A stretch of 64,000 bases of DNA. Origin: Bacteroidia bacterium. Its GTDB lineage: Bacteria; Bacteroidota; Bacteroidia; UKL13-3. A program made the translations under genes and the position numbers. Positions 50,410 through 60,048 of this stretch are shown here, in pieces. Numbering within the stretch: the stretch's first letter is position 1; each line of letters starts with the position of its first letter. A model generated the notes under the pieces. The model made no database searches. It had not been told where the DNA came from and was given only the letters and a program-made list of their open reading frames with translations. Location: NCBI GenBank assembly GCA_051861545.1, contig JBIMKP010000004.1, positions 41,647 through 105,646 on the forward strand. The letters run 5' to 3'.

Positions 50410-52764
50410 ATGCGATATTCGAAACTTATGCAAAGTACTAAAATCAAATCATACTTTTTAATAGTCTTTTTACTACTAATTTCTTCTTCACAAGCTGCAG
50501 AAAGACTTTTTATATCTAAATATACAATCAATTTAAAAATCAGTAGTTCTGAGCCTAAAACAATTTCAGGACATGTTTTAATCAATGGCTTGAATGGTAT
50601 TCCAAGAAAAAGTGAAGAAATACAATTTGATTTATTGAAATTACAAGTTTCTGAAGTTACTTATGGCAACCAACAATTGGAATTCTTTCAAAATGATTCA
50701 ATTCTTACTGTAAAATTGGCTATAAATATTGATCCGATTTCAACTCCAATTAAAATTGTTTATAGCGGTCAACCCGTTGCTGATGCTAAATGGGGAGGAT
50801 TTTATTTTACTGGTAATTATGCATTTAATATGGGTGTTGGTTTTGCCTCCAATCCTCATAATTTTGGTCGTTGTTGGTTTCCTTGTAATGATAATTTCAC
50901 AAACCGGTCAAGTTACGAATTCAATATTCAAACAGATTCTGGTTATTCTGCCATCTGTAATGGCGAGTTTTTAGGAGTTCAGGATAATATTTGGAGTTGG
51001 AAGTCTGATTTGATTCCCACTTATCTTGCATCTGTGGCAGTTGGAAAATATGTCATGGTAAAGGATGAATTTCAATCAAAAGATAGAATGATTCCAATCA
51101 TACTTGCATCAGAAGCAAAAGATACAAGCAATTTTAAAGCTTCATTTACCCATTTAAAACAAGCCATCACCTGCTTTGAGGAAAAATTCAATCCTTATAA
51201 ATTTTCACGTGTTGGTTTTGTGGGAGTTCCTTTTAATTCGGGAGCTATGGAACATGCGGCAAATATTGCTTATCCACTTTATGCAATCAATGGTAATTCC
51301 GATTATGAAACATTAATGGCTCATGAACTTTCGCATCATTGGTGGGGAAATTTAGCTACTTGTAGAACTGCTCCCGATATGTGGCTCAATGAAGGTTGGG
51401 CAAGCTTTTGCGAGGCTTTATTTTTGGAATGTCTTTATGGAAAAGATAAATACAATGAGGATATCAAAGACAAAACTTTCGAAGTATTTAGATGGGCGCA
51501 TGTAAGAGATGAAGCTTATAGAGCAGTATCTGGTGTTCCTCATGAATTTACTTATGGTACTCATGTTTATACTAAAGGTGCTTTAATGGTTAATACGCTT
51601 CGAACTGTTTTGGGTGATGAAGCTTTTTTTAATGCTTGTAAGGCTTATTTGGCAAAAAATAGCTTTCAGGATGTTTCATCTGCCAGCTTGTTAAATGAAT
51701 TTCAAAAATTTACAACTATCAATCTAACATCCTTCTTCGATCATTGGATTTATAATGCTGGAAATACGAATGTTTATTTGAATAAATGGAAATTCACTTT
51801 GGGAAATGCTCATAATTTACTAGAAGTTTCATTTAGAGAACATGTAAAAATTTCAAAATCACTTTATACACCTCTTCCTTTGGTTTATAGAGTTTTCGAT
51901 AAAAACGGAAAAAGTTTAGATTTCCCTTTTTCTTTGAATGCTGAGTTACTAGATACTTTTTTTATGACTCCATTTGATTTTATTCCGGAGTATGGAATCA
52001 TTAATCCAGATAACAAAATTGCCTTGGCTAAAACCTACGAACACCAAATAATTAAAGGAACAGGCGTAAAACAGCTTCCAAATGCTTTATTAACTATTAC
52101 AGTTCAAAACAACCCAGACTCATTCACCATTTTAGCTGAAAACTATTTTACAGGTGTCAATCCTAATGAATTTGCAGTAAAAGGTTTAAGATTTTCTCCA
52201 GACAGATTCTGGAAAATTGATGGCTCATTCCCTCCTACTTTTAAAGCAACTGCATTTTTTAATTATGATGGAAGTAGTCCTTCTTCAAAAAATGGTGGAG
52301 GTTTAGATAATGAACTACTAAAAATTGATGAAAACGGTTTGGTTTTATTATATCGTTCTCGTCCAGATACCGCTTGGACAATTGAAACCGAATTAACTTG
52401 GCAGACTGGTTCGTCTTTAACTGATAAAACAGGTAGATTTTGGGTGAATAATCTTAAAAAAGGTGAATATGCTTTTGGTAGACAAGAAACTGGTGCTGGG
52501 TTTAAAGAATCAAATAAAAAGAAAGCAGAGTTAAAAGTTTTTCCAAATCCGAATAAAGGTAAGTTTTCAATTGAAATGCCTGAAAACCATACAGCTGGAA
52601 AAATAAGTATTTACGATAAAAATGGGATTTTAATTCAAGATGAAATCATAAAAGCAGGTATTCCTATTTATGAATGTCAAATTAAAAACCCTGTTTCATC
52701 AAGCTATTTTATTGTTTTTGAGGATGAAAAAGGAATAATAAATGCCCAGTTAGTGGTGCAATAG
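50410..52764 (+). CDS. M1-family aminopeptidase with a T9SS C-terminal sorting domain
   Basis: GAMEHA, HELSHHWWGN...NEGWASF (HEXXH-18-E); C-terminal KVFPNPNKGKFSIEM... tail. Confidence 0.85.
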   Translation: MRYSKLMQSTKIKSYFLIVFLLLISSSQAAERLFISKYTINLKISSSEPKTISGHVLINGLNGIPRKSEEIQFDLLKLQVSEVTYGNQQLEFFQNDSILTVKLAINIDPISTPIKIVYSGQPVADAKWGGFYFTGNYAFNMGVGFASNPHNFGRCWFPCNDNFTNRSSYEFNIQTDSGYSAICNGEFLGVQDNIWSWKSDLIPTYLASVAVGKYVMVKDEFQSKDRMIPIILASEAKDTSNFKASFTHLKQAITCFEEKFNPYKFSRVGFVGVPFNSGAMEHAANIAYPLYAINGNSDYETLMAHELSHHWWGNLATCRTAPDMWLNEGWASFCEALFLECLYGKDKYNEDIKDKTFEVFRWAHVRDEAYRAVSGVPHEFTYGTHVYTKGALMVNTLRTVLGDEAFFNACKAYLAKNSFQDVSSASLLNEFQKFTTINLTSFFDHWIYNAGNTNVYLNKWKFTLGNAHNLLEVSFREHVKISKSLYTPLPLVYRVFDKNGKSLDFPFSLNAELLDTFFMTPFDFIPEYGIINPDNKIALAKTYEHQIIKGTGVKQLPNALLTITVQNNPDSFTILAENYFTGVNPNEFAVKGLRFSPDRFWKIDGSFPPTFKATAFFNYDGSSPSSKNGGGLDNELLKIDENGLVLLYRSRPDTAWTIETELTWQTGSSLTDKTGRFWVNNLKKGEYAFGRQETGAGFKESNKKKAELKVFPNPNKGKFSIEMPENHTAGKISIYDKNGILIQDEIIKAGIPIYECQIKNPVSSSYFIVFEDEKGIINAQLVVQ

Positions 52765-52767
52765 GAA

Positions 52768-53298
52768 TTAAATTGTAACAGTCAAGTTAATTTGTTTTTC
52801 AATAGCAGGTCGCCATTTCTTCTGATTTGACATTGTTTCAACAATTTTTTCTAAGTAAAATATTTGAAACCAAATATTGCTATTAAATTCACATACATTT
52901 TTAAAAACAAATTCCGAGTGAACCATCAATTTTAATATGAATTCCTCTTGAGGATTTCTGTGGTTGTTAATAAGATGACTTAGACTAATTGGTGAAATTC
53001 CAATATCAATAGCAAAGGCATTTCTCCGTGAATAAATTATGTCAATGTATTTTTCTAAAAATTGCGTAAAGTACTTTTCATGATTATAAACTGGATTTTT
53101 AATGAAATCATCCATTTTCAATTTCAATTGAAGCAATTTTGCTCTTTTAATATCTTCATTTGATAATTTTTTAATTCGATTTAACCTTGCTTCCATTAAA
53201 TAAACCGAATCTTTCTCCTTCACTTTATCTGAATCATATCGAGAATCTATGCCATATTCGGCATCATTAATTAGAGTTGATTCTATTTTACTTTTCAT
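52768..53298 (-). CDS. Hypothetical protein with an XRE-like helix-turn-helix segment
   Basis: RRNAFAIDIGISPISLSHLINNHRNPQEEF resembles an HTH_3-type motif, preceded by a charged coiled-coil-like N-terminus. Overlaps the upstream gene by 11 nt. Confidence 0.45.
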   Translation of the reverse strand: MKSKIESTLINDAEYGIDSRYDSDKVKEKDSVYLMEARLNRIKKLSNEDIKRAKLLQLKLKMDDFIKNPVYNHEKYFTQFLEKYIDIIYSRRNAFAIDIGISPISLSHLINNHRNPQEEFILKLMVHSEFVFKNVCEFNSNIWFQIFYLEKIVETMSNQKKWRPAIEKQINLTVTI

Positions 53299-53758
53299 CG
53301 TTGTAGGTTTTTATTAAATCAAGAATTTCTGGAACTTCTAAGCTCAATGTTAATCCAGTAATATTCATTTTATATTTTTCAATATAATGCTTTGCAATTT
53401 TAGTTTTGGGCTTTAAAGAAACACAGGCAAATTCTCCAAATTCTTTTACGGCAATTACTGAAACAAAAGACAAAAGATTTCCAATAATTTTATCATACCT
53501 CTTCATTGAACCTTTGTTTTCTATTGAAACTGTAATTAATCTAACATGAATTCTCCATTCCTCAGGAATTATTTCAAATGAAATTAGACCAAGAATATCA
53601 TCAGTCCCTTTTATGATTAATTTATAGATTCTATATTCTGATTCAAGTTTCCAATTAAAGAAATACCGTTTTTTAGTAATTGATTTAAAATCAACTTCTA
53701 ACACGGGTAAAATTTCGACTTGAAACTTTTCTCCAGTGGTAGTGTCAATAATATTCAT
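53288..53758 (-). CDS. Hypothetical 156-aa protein, possibly GNAT-fold
   Basis: The strand/helix pattern YKLIIKG..ILGLISFEII...RIHVRLITVSIENKG...YDKIIGNLLSFVSVIAVKE...ACVSLKP...IAKHYIEKYKM fits beta2-beta3-beta4-alpha3-beta5-alpha4 of acetyltransferases. There is no canonical Q/RxxGxG/A motif. Confidence 0.3.
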   Translation of the reverse strand: MNIIDTTTGEKFQVEILPVLEVDFKSITKKRYFFNWKLESEYRIYKLIIKGTDDILGLISFEIIPEEWRIHVRLITVSIENKGSMKRYDKIIGNLLSFVSVIAVKEFGEFACVSLKPKTKIAKHYIEKYKMNITGLTLSLEVPEILDLIKTYNDEK

Positions 53759-53774
53759 TATTCAAATTTACAAA

Positions 53775-53815
53775 AAGTATACGATAATTGTAAATTAATA
53801 TTACAAAGTATACGA
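53775..53815. promoter_or_regulatory. Two direct copies of AAGTATACGA (with flanking TACAAA) in the promoter region of the 53758 cassette
   Basis: Copies at 53775-53784 and 53806-53815, each containing the GTATAC palindrome. The first is bracketed by atttacaa/ttgtaaat. On the minus strand, taaatttg (TAnnTTTG) lies just before the ATG. Confidence 0.35.
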
Positions 53816-53833
53816 AAAAAGTATTAACTTAAT

Positions 53834-55234
53834 CTATTCCTCACAAACTACTCTACTTGTATAAGTTCCATTTTCATTGATAAACTGAAGGATAAAAATT
53901 CCACTTTTACGAATTTGAATTACATTTTCTAAGCCTGCTTTTATATCAGACTCTAAAATAGTTTTGCCAGATAAATCGGAAACTTTTAAGATACCATCTG
54001 TTTTTGATATAAGTTGAATATCTCTGTTTATTTGAGCTGGATTTGGATAAAACTTAAATCCGTTTTCAAACCTAATATCTTGTATACCTGATAATACTTC
54101 TTTGGTTGAAAAACTTTTAGGCTCAGAATATTGACCACAAGGATTTGCTTTTGTAATTGCTTTAACTCGCCAACTATACGACCAAGTTCCATACAATGTT
54201 GCTATTGCCTGTGTATCTTCTGTTAGTGTTTCAAAATTTAAAAATTCCCAAGCCCCAAATCTAGCTGCTTGCACATAATATGCATAAGCTCCCGGAATTT
54301 TCTCCCAAACTAATTGAACCGATTTTGGATTTAAATTCGAATCTATTTCACTTGGATAAATTGCTTTAGGTGGATTTAAAGTATCAAAATTAACTGGTGA
54401 TTTAGCTATATTCCTACCATTTAAATCAGATTGCATTGCCAATTGCTGTTCAAGACTAAATCTACTTTGACAAGCATCTAATGAGTAACTCATATAAATG
54501 GAACTATCAGGTTTGAAAAATATACCATTTGGATCTTGTAAATTATATGCCAATGGACAAGCCCATCTATCAGAAACATAATCAGCTTTAGTATCACAAA
54601 ATCCATCACCTGCATCTCTGCAATTTGAGCCATCCAGCTTTTCAATAAAGAATTCACTAGGTCTACTCCCGCCTTCCCAGCCTTCAAAAGTATGTGGCAA
54701 GTTGAAAAAATGACCTAATTCATGGGTTAATGTTGTTGCATTAGGACCTTGACATCTATTTAGAACAAAAACTACATCTACATCAGGAAAATATACTCCA
54801 CACCATTGATTTCCTGTTCCTTGAAATAATACATTTACTGCACCCGCCGATTTGTAATCTTCCACAGTATTATAAATAGCTTCAATATCACCTTTATAAA
54901 AATCGCTATTATTTATATATTTTATTGGGCCATTTAGGTAAAACTTAAATCCAGTTTGAGCAAAATCGTTATTAATATCACATAAAACCTGCAAAACGCT
55001 TTCAATTTTAAAATAACCTACACCTTGGTCGGTTCCAGTTATATGAAATTGAAGTGGTATATATTGAATTTCGGCTTTTTTAAGCAAGTTTTTATTCTGA
55101 TCGAGTTTAGATTGGAAATTTCTTAATTTTACAATTTGAGTAGTTGACATTTCTGTCGCACAGTGCTTTTCCTGCGCCAATAAAGACTTTGACAGAAATA
55201 ACAAACCTATTATGATTAGTTTTAAATGCTTCAT
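53834..55234 (-). CDS. M43-like (pappalysin/cytophagalysin-type) zinc metalloprotease with a T9SS C-terminal domain
   Basis: HELGHFFNLPHTF; signal peptide MKHLKLIIIGLLFLSKSLLAQ from ATG 55232-55234; C-terminal FKFYPNPAQ...GIFILQFINENGTYTSRVV. The longer ORF-track start would run over the hbd promoter. Confidence 0.75.
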   Translation of the reverse strand: MKHLKLIIIGLLFLSKSLLAQEKHCATEMSTTQIVKLRNFQSKLDQNKNLLKKAEIQYIPLQFHITGTDQGVGYFKIESVLQVLCDINNDFAQTGFKFYLNGPIKYINNSDFYKGDIEAIYNTVEDYKSAGAVNVLFQGTGNQWCGVYFPDVDVVFVLNRCQGPNATTLTHELGHFFNLPHTFEGWEGGSRPSEFFIEKLDGSNCRDAGDGFCDTKADYVSDRWACPLAYNLQDPNGIFFKPDSSIYMSYSLDACQSRFSLEQQLAMQSDLNGRNIAKSPVNFDTLNPPKAIYPSEIDSNLNPKSVQLVWEKIPGAYAYYVQAARFGAWEFLNFETLTEDTQAIATLYGTWSYSWRVKAITKANPCGQYSEPKSFSTKEVLSGIQDIRFENGFKFYPNPAQINRDIQLISKTDGILKVSDLSGKTILESDIKAGLENVIQIRKSGIFILQFINENGTYTSRVVCEE

Positions 55235-55301
55235 ATTATCAAACATAACATAAAGTTTTGAAGAAAGGTTTAAATGTACTTTTAAATATACATGGCTTTT
55301 A

Positions 55302-55309
55302 TACATTTG
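55302..55309 (+). promoter_or_regulatory. Candidate Bacteroidota -7 promoter box (TAnnTTTG) for hbd
   Basis: tacatttg lies 20 nt upstream of ATG 55329. Confidence 0.35.
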
Positions 55310-55328
55310 CGGGGCAAAATTTTTAGCA

Positions 55329-56219
55329 ATGAAGAATATTACAGTTATTGGATCGGGAACAATGGGAAATGGAATTGCCCACGTATTTGCGCAAAATGAT
55401 TACAGCGTAAACTTGATCGACGTAAATGAAACTCAATTAAAAAAAGCCATTGAAACCATTGGCAAAAATCTCGACAGACAAGTGTCGAAAGGAAGTTTAA
55501 CAGAGGCCGATAAATCGCGCACTTTGGGAAACATTACAACTTTTACAAGTTTAAAAGATGCTTGTGCAAATGCTGATTTAGTTGTTGAGGCAGCAAGTGA
55601 AAACATCAATATCAAATTAGATATTTTTAAACAAATTGATGAGTACACTCCCGCTCATTGTATTTTAGCTTCAAACACTTCTTCTATTTCAATCACTAAA
55701 ATTGCAAGTGTTACCAAAAGAGCTGATAAAGTAATTGGAATGCACTTCATGAACCCAGTTCCAGTAATGAAATTGGTTGAAGTTATTAATGGTTACAAAA
55801 CTTCTGCTGAAGTGAGTGAGGCTGTTGTTACTTTATCAAAAGCTATTGGAAAAGTACCTGCTATTGCAAATGACTACGCAGGATTTATTGCCAACCGTAT
55901 TTTAATGCCAATGATTAATGAGGCTATTATTTGCCTACAATCTGGTGTTGGAACTGTTGAGTCTATTGATACTGTTATGAAATTAGGTATGGCTCATCCA
56001 ATGGGTCCATTACAATTAGCCGATTTTATTGGTTTAGATGTTTGTTTGGCAATTATGAATGTATTGTATGATGGATTAGGTCAAGATAAATATGCTCCTT
56101 CTCCATTATTAGTAAACATGGTTACAGCTGGAAACCTTGGTGTGAAATCAGGTGAAGGTTTTTACAAATACACTGCTGGCAGCAAAGAACTAGTTGTTAG
56201 TGATTTATTCAAGAAATAA
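55329..56219 (+). CDS. hbd: 3-hydroxybutyryl-CoA / 3-hydroxyacyl-CoA dehydrogenase
   Basis: Rossmann motif ITVIGSGTMGNGIAHV, then SNTSS and GFIANR; 296 aa. Confidence 0.9.
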   Translation: MKNITVIGSGTMGNGIAHVFAQNDYSVNLIDVNETQLKKAIETIGKNLDRQVSKGSLTEADKSRTLGNITTFTSLKDACANADLVVEAASENINIKLDIFKQIDEYTPAHCILASNTSSISITKIASVTKRADKVIGMHFMNPVPVMKLVEVINGYKTSAEVSEAVVTLSKAIGKVPAIANDYAGFIANRILMPMINEAIICLQSGVGTVESIDTVMKLGMAHPMGPLQLADFIGLDVCLAIMNVLYDGLGQDKYAPSPLLVNMVTAGNLGVKSGEGFYKYTAGSKELVVSDLFKK

Positions 56220-56237
56220 AAAACACTTTAAATTATA

Positions 56238-56273
56238 AAAGAGGCTATTTCATTTGAATTAGCCTCTTTTTTT
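56238..56273 (+). terminator. Rho-independent terminator after hbd
   Basis: aaagaggcta ... tagcctcttt stem followed by a T-run. Confidence 0.7.
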
Positions 56274-56297
56274 ATGTAACAATGCTAATCTTAAAGC

Positions 56298-56335
56298 ATA
56301 AAAAAGGCTATCTCAATTGGTTCGAGATAGCCTTT
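56298..56335 (-). terminator. Rho-independent terminator for the minus-strand lipoprotein gene
   Basis: aaaggctatctc ... gagatagccttt stem. A T-run follows on the minus strand. Confidence 0.65.
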
Positions 56336-56353
56336 CTTTTAATTAATTGAAGC

Positions 56354-57124
56354 TTATTTACAAGTATATCCGTAAGTTGTTAATGAAACCTCTTCGCCAG
56401 AATCTTCATCTTTCTGAGTTTCTTTAGTAACTTTTCCTGTTGAATCATACTCGTAAGTATAATTTACAACTGTTTCATTACCCTCTGTATCTAAAGTTAC
56501 TGATTGTTTTATCAAGTTTTTCGAACCTTTTCCTTGTACATCAATAACATAAGTTTTAGACATACTTAAAGCTCTACTATCAGATTTATCTGTAAAATAA
56601 GTATAAGTTGTAACATCTTTTTCTTCAGGAGCAGCTTCATTATAAGCTGATTCTTTAGTTAAATTACCATTTGTATATTCGTAATCAACTATTGAATTCA
56701 TTTCTTGTCCAAAAAACGCTAATGATTGTTTTGATTTAATACAATGTCCTTCACTGTCGTAAGTATAAGTGAAATTTATTGTAATTGGAAGGCCCATATA
56801 TGAAGTAACAAATTTACCACTAGTAGGATAATTACTGGTATTCAAAGTGTATTCTGCGTTTATTGTCATTGAATCACCAATGATAGCAACAATTGCTTTA
56901 TTTCCAGAATAAGTATAAGTGGCAGACTGACCTTCAGATTTCAATGATGTAATTCTATTTTGCGCATCATAAACTATTGATCCATCATCTAAAGTAGTTA
57001 CTAAACAAGTTTGAGCTGCATTTCCTCCGCCGCCATTGTCAGTTGTGCTTGTTGATTCTTTTTTACATGATGTAGGTAACAACGCCCAAGTTGCTGCTAC
57101 TAAAATTAAAAGGGTCTTTTTCAT
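56354..57124 (-). CDS. Hypothetical lipoprotein with YD/TYTY-like repeats
   Basis: Lipobox LLPTSCKK; recurring ..TYTY...G....(K/E) motifs. Confidence 0.5.
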   Translation of the reverse strand: MKKTLLILVAATWALLPTSCKKESTSTTDNGGGGNAAQTCLVTTLDDGSIVYDAQNRITSLKSEGQSATYTYSGNKAIVAIIGDSMTINAEYTLNTSNYPTSGKFVTSYMGLPITINFTYTYDSEGHCIKSKQSLAFFGQEMNSIVDYEYTNGNLTKESAYNEAAPEEKDVTTYTYFTDKSDSRALSMSKTYVIDVQGKGSKNLIKQSVTLDTEGNETVVNYTYEYDSTGKVTKETQKDEDSGEEVSLTTYGYTCK

Positions 57125-57336
57125 ATTTATGTTTTATACGTTTAAATAATGGAATTGCAAATATGTAGATATTTTTCATACAATTCTGATAAATAGCTGC
57201 TTTTATGCCAAATTTTACTCTGCTTTGATATTCAAACATGATAATATGTTCATATATTCAGTCAATTTGTCTTTATTAGATAAATTGTTAATAATTGGAT
57301 TGGCATTTGCCATAACTTTACAATCAATTATTTATT

Positions 57337-58284
57337 ATGTCAAACCAAATCGAACATGTAGAATGCCTGATTGTAGGAAGTGGTCCTGCTGGGTATACAG
57401 CAGCCATTTATGCTGCAAGAGCTGATATGAAACCTGTTATGTACGCTGGAATGCAACCCGGTGGACAATTAACCATAACCACAGATGTAGAAAACTACCC
57501 AGGATATCCAGAAGGAATTATGGGTCCAGAAATGATGGAGCTTTTTCGTAAACAAGCTGAAAGATTTGGTACCGATATTAGATATGGTATGATTACTAAA
57601 ACAGATTTTTCAGGAAAACCTCCTTATAAATTAGAAGTTGATGAAAACCACGAAATTTTAGCTGAAACTGTCATTATTGCAACTGGTGCTAGTGCTAAAT
57701 GGCTTGGAATCCCATCAGAAGAAAAATTAAATGGCCGTGGTGTTTCTGCTTGTGCTGTTTGTGATGGATTTTTCTTCCGTGGAAAAGACGTTGCAATAGT
57801 TGGTGCTGGCGATACTGCTTGCGAAGAGGCTAGTTACCTTGCGAAAATTTGTAGTAAGGTTTATATGATTGTTAGAAAATCAGAATTCCGCGCTTCTAAA
57901 GCTATGCAAAATCGTGTTTTAAACACACCAAATATTGAAGTTTTATTCAATTCTGAAACCGATGAAATCTTAGGTGAAGAGAAAGTTAATGGAGTTCGTG
58001 TTAAAAACAATCAAACTGGTGAAACCAAAGAAATTGAAATTCAAGGTTTCTTCGTAGCAATTGGACACAAACCTAATACCGATATATTCAAGCCATTTAT
58101 TAATATGGATGAAACCGGTTATATCCAAACAATTCCAGGTACAAGTAAAACAAATATTGAAGCTGTTTTTGCATGTGGTGATGCACAAGATAAAGTTTAC
58201 CGTCAAGCTGTTACTGCCGCAGGAAGTGGTTGTATGGCTGCATTAGACGCCGAAAGATACTTAGCTGCCAAAGGAGATATATAA
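57337..58284 (+). CDS. trxB: Thioredoxin-disulfide reductase
   Basis: GSGPAGYTAAIYAAR, redox CAVCDG, and GAGDTACEEA. Confidence 0.93.
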   Translation: MSNQIEHVECLIVGSGPAGYTAAIYAARADMKPVMYAGMQPGGQLTITTDVENYPGYPEGIMGPEMMELFRKQAERFGTDIRYGMITKTDFSGKPPYKLEVDENHEILAETVIIATGASAKWLGIPSEEKLNGRGVSACAVCDGFFFRGKDVAIVGAGDTACEEASYLAKICSKVYMIVRKSEFRASKAMQNRVLNTPNIEVLFNSETDEILGEEKVNGVRVKNNQTGETKEIEIQGFFVAIGHKPNTDIFKPFINMDETGYIQTIPGTSKTNIEAVFACGDAQDKVYRQAVTAAGSGCMAALDAERYLAAKGDI

Positions 58285-58286
58285 TC

Positions 58287-58634
58287 ATGAATTGGAATAC
58301 TTTAAATCGGTCTGAACAATTGGCCGAAATTGATAAAGTTTCTTTTGAACATCCTGTACTGTTATTTAAACACAGTACAAGATGTTCTATAAGTAGCAGC
58401 GCTCTTGCCAGAATTGAAAGGCATTGGCAAGATTCAGATAATGCAATCCTTGAACCTTTTTATCTTGATTTGCTAAATTATAGACCTATTTCTAATGAAA
58501 TTGCTCATCATTATGGAATTGAACATCAATCACCACAAGTTTTGATTATTAAAGATGGGAAATGTGTTTACAATGCTTCTCATTTAGAGATTCATTATGA
58601 TGTTGTGTTAAAATCTGCAGCTACTCTAGCTTAG
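58287..58634 (+). CDS. ytxJ: YtxJ-type monothiol thioredoxin-fold protein (DUF2847)
   Basis: ATG 58287 gives MNWNTLNRSEQLAEI...VLLFKHSTRCSIS (T-x-C-x-I-S motif). 115 aa, directly after trxB. Confidence 0.7.
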   Translation: MNWNTLNRSEQLAEIDKVSFEHPVLLFKHSTRCSISSSALARIERHWQDSDNAILEPFYLDLLNYRPISNEIAHHYGIEHQSPQVLIIKDGKCVYNASHLEIHYDVVLKSAATLA

Positions 58635-60048
58635 GTTCTGCCAATATCACATCTTCCCTATCAACTCTTACTTGTCCGGGCAATGCTCCTTTGGGTTTCC
58701 GAACAAACTTTTTTTCTGTAACCATAACAGCTACAAGTCCACTCGATTTTGATTTGGAAAAATAGGCTGCCAACTCCGCTGCTCGTTGAATTACGTGCTC
58801 CGGAGTTTTTCTTTTTTGTTGATTCTTAATAATAACATGACTTCCACTAACTCCTTTAGCATGTAACCACAAATCATCTTTTTTTGCGAATTTTAATGTT
58901 AAAACATCATTATTCTCCGAATTCCTACCTACATAAATCTTAAATCCATCACATTCAAATTCTTTAAAACCGGAAGCATTTTTCTGTTCAAATTCAATTT
59001 TATCTTTTTGCTTTAAAGCTTTTTTAGTTTCTGCTAATTGAACTTCTACTAGCCTTGGCTTTAACAACTTTAACTTTTCTTCAGCTTGAACAATCATTTT
59101 ATATGCTTGTTCAATTTCTAATTTTCTGTTTTTAGCTTTTCGGTAATATTGAGCAGCATTATCCTGTGGACTTAATTCCTTTTTTAATTTTATGCTGATA
59201 TTTACATTCCTGTAAAAATCGAACAACTCAGTTTTTTCATCACCTTTATTTATCGCATGCAAATTGGCCATTACAATATGTCCTATCTCCTCAGGATTAA
59301 TAGCATTTTCTAAATAATGAAGTCGGGTTTTGTTGTTATATAAAACCTGTTCCTGTCTTTTAATTTGATCTGATAATGATTTAAGTAAAGACTCCTTTTC
59401 CTTTAAAAAATGATATTGTTGAATATATCGTTGTGAGAAAAAAGTATAAGCATCTAAAATATCATACGAAAAATAAACCTGCTCCTCCTCTATTTGCTTA
59501 TCAATCTGCAATTCATATTGATTGTTTTTTTTATAAACGAAGTATGATATTTTATTTTTCGATTCTTCTATTTCTAAGCTCAATTTTTCAGAAGCAAGCC
59601 TATCAAGTTGATTTAATTGAACTTGAAAATCATTAATTATTGAACTTCTATAAGATTCTTTTGCAATGTTTTTTTCAATCAAAATAACATTACTTAAAGG
59701 GCCATAACACTTAAATAAAAGTGTTAAATCTTGTTCAAACTCTAGCAAAAATGAACGGTCATTTTTACTTTGAATAATACTTTTAATTCTTTTGTATTTG
59801 ATTGATTCAAATAAAGGTTGTACTCCAGAACTTCTGCTTAATTCATAATCAAAAAACTGAAACAAACCTTGCCTACATGAAGTATTTAAACTCATTGAAA
59901 AATAGCTTTCATCTAATTTAAATACTAAACTCAATTCATCTTCTTTATACCTGAATGCATCAGATAAAACAGCATTTTCTAATATTGATGTAAGTGTAAA
60001 ACTTATACGTTCAATACATATGTAATGTTGGTGAAAAGAAGCAATCAT
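58621..60048 (-). CDS. NFACT-family (RqcH/FbpA-like) protein with an NFACT-R/DUF814 domain
   Basis: C-terminal DDLWLHAKGVSGSHVIIK...ELAAYFSKSK; central coiled coil; ATGA overlap with the upstream gene. Confidence 0.7.
   Translation of the reverse strand: MIASFHQHYICIERISFTLTSILENAVLSDAFRYKEDELSLVFKLDESYFSMSLNTSCRQGLFQFFDYELSRSSGVQPLFESIKYKRIKSIIQSKNDRSFLLEFEQDLTLLFKCYGPLSNVILIEKNIAKESYRSSIINDFQVQLNQLDRLASEKLSLEIEESKNKISYFVYKKNNQYELQIDKQIEEEQVYFSYDILDAYTFFSQRYIQQYHFLKEKESLLKSLSDQIKRQEQVLYNNKTRLHYLENAINPEEIGHIVMANLHAINKGDEKTELFDFYRNVNISIKLKKELSPQDNAAQYYRKAKNRKLEIEQAYKMIVQAEEKLKLLKPRLVEVQLAETKKALKQKDKIEFEQKNASGFKEFECDGFKIYVGRNSENNDVLTLKFAKKDDLWLHAKGVSGSHVIIKNQQKRKTPEHVIQRAAELAAYFSKSKSSGLVAVMVTEKKFVRKPKGALPGQVRVDREDVILAEPKLE

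Noticed and set aside
53834-55306. Long ORF-track start (MYKSHVYLK...) for the M43 protease, and similar 5' extensions at 12974, 15415, 16169, 24075, 26274, 41929, 41985 and 58230
   Set aside because: The extensions precede clear signal peptides or conserved N-termini. They also overlap neighbouring genes, promoters or terminators. Internal starts were preferred.
56303-56335. tRNA-like T-arm (ggttcgag) near 56320
   Set aside because: The sequence is the loop of a 12-bp terminator hairpin. There is no acceptor, D or anticodon arm.
57225-57425. 66-aa plus-strand ORF overlapping the trxB start
   Set aside because: It is out of frame with trxB, hydrophobic, low-complexity and has no motif. The trxB N-terminus is canonical from 57337.
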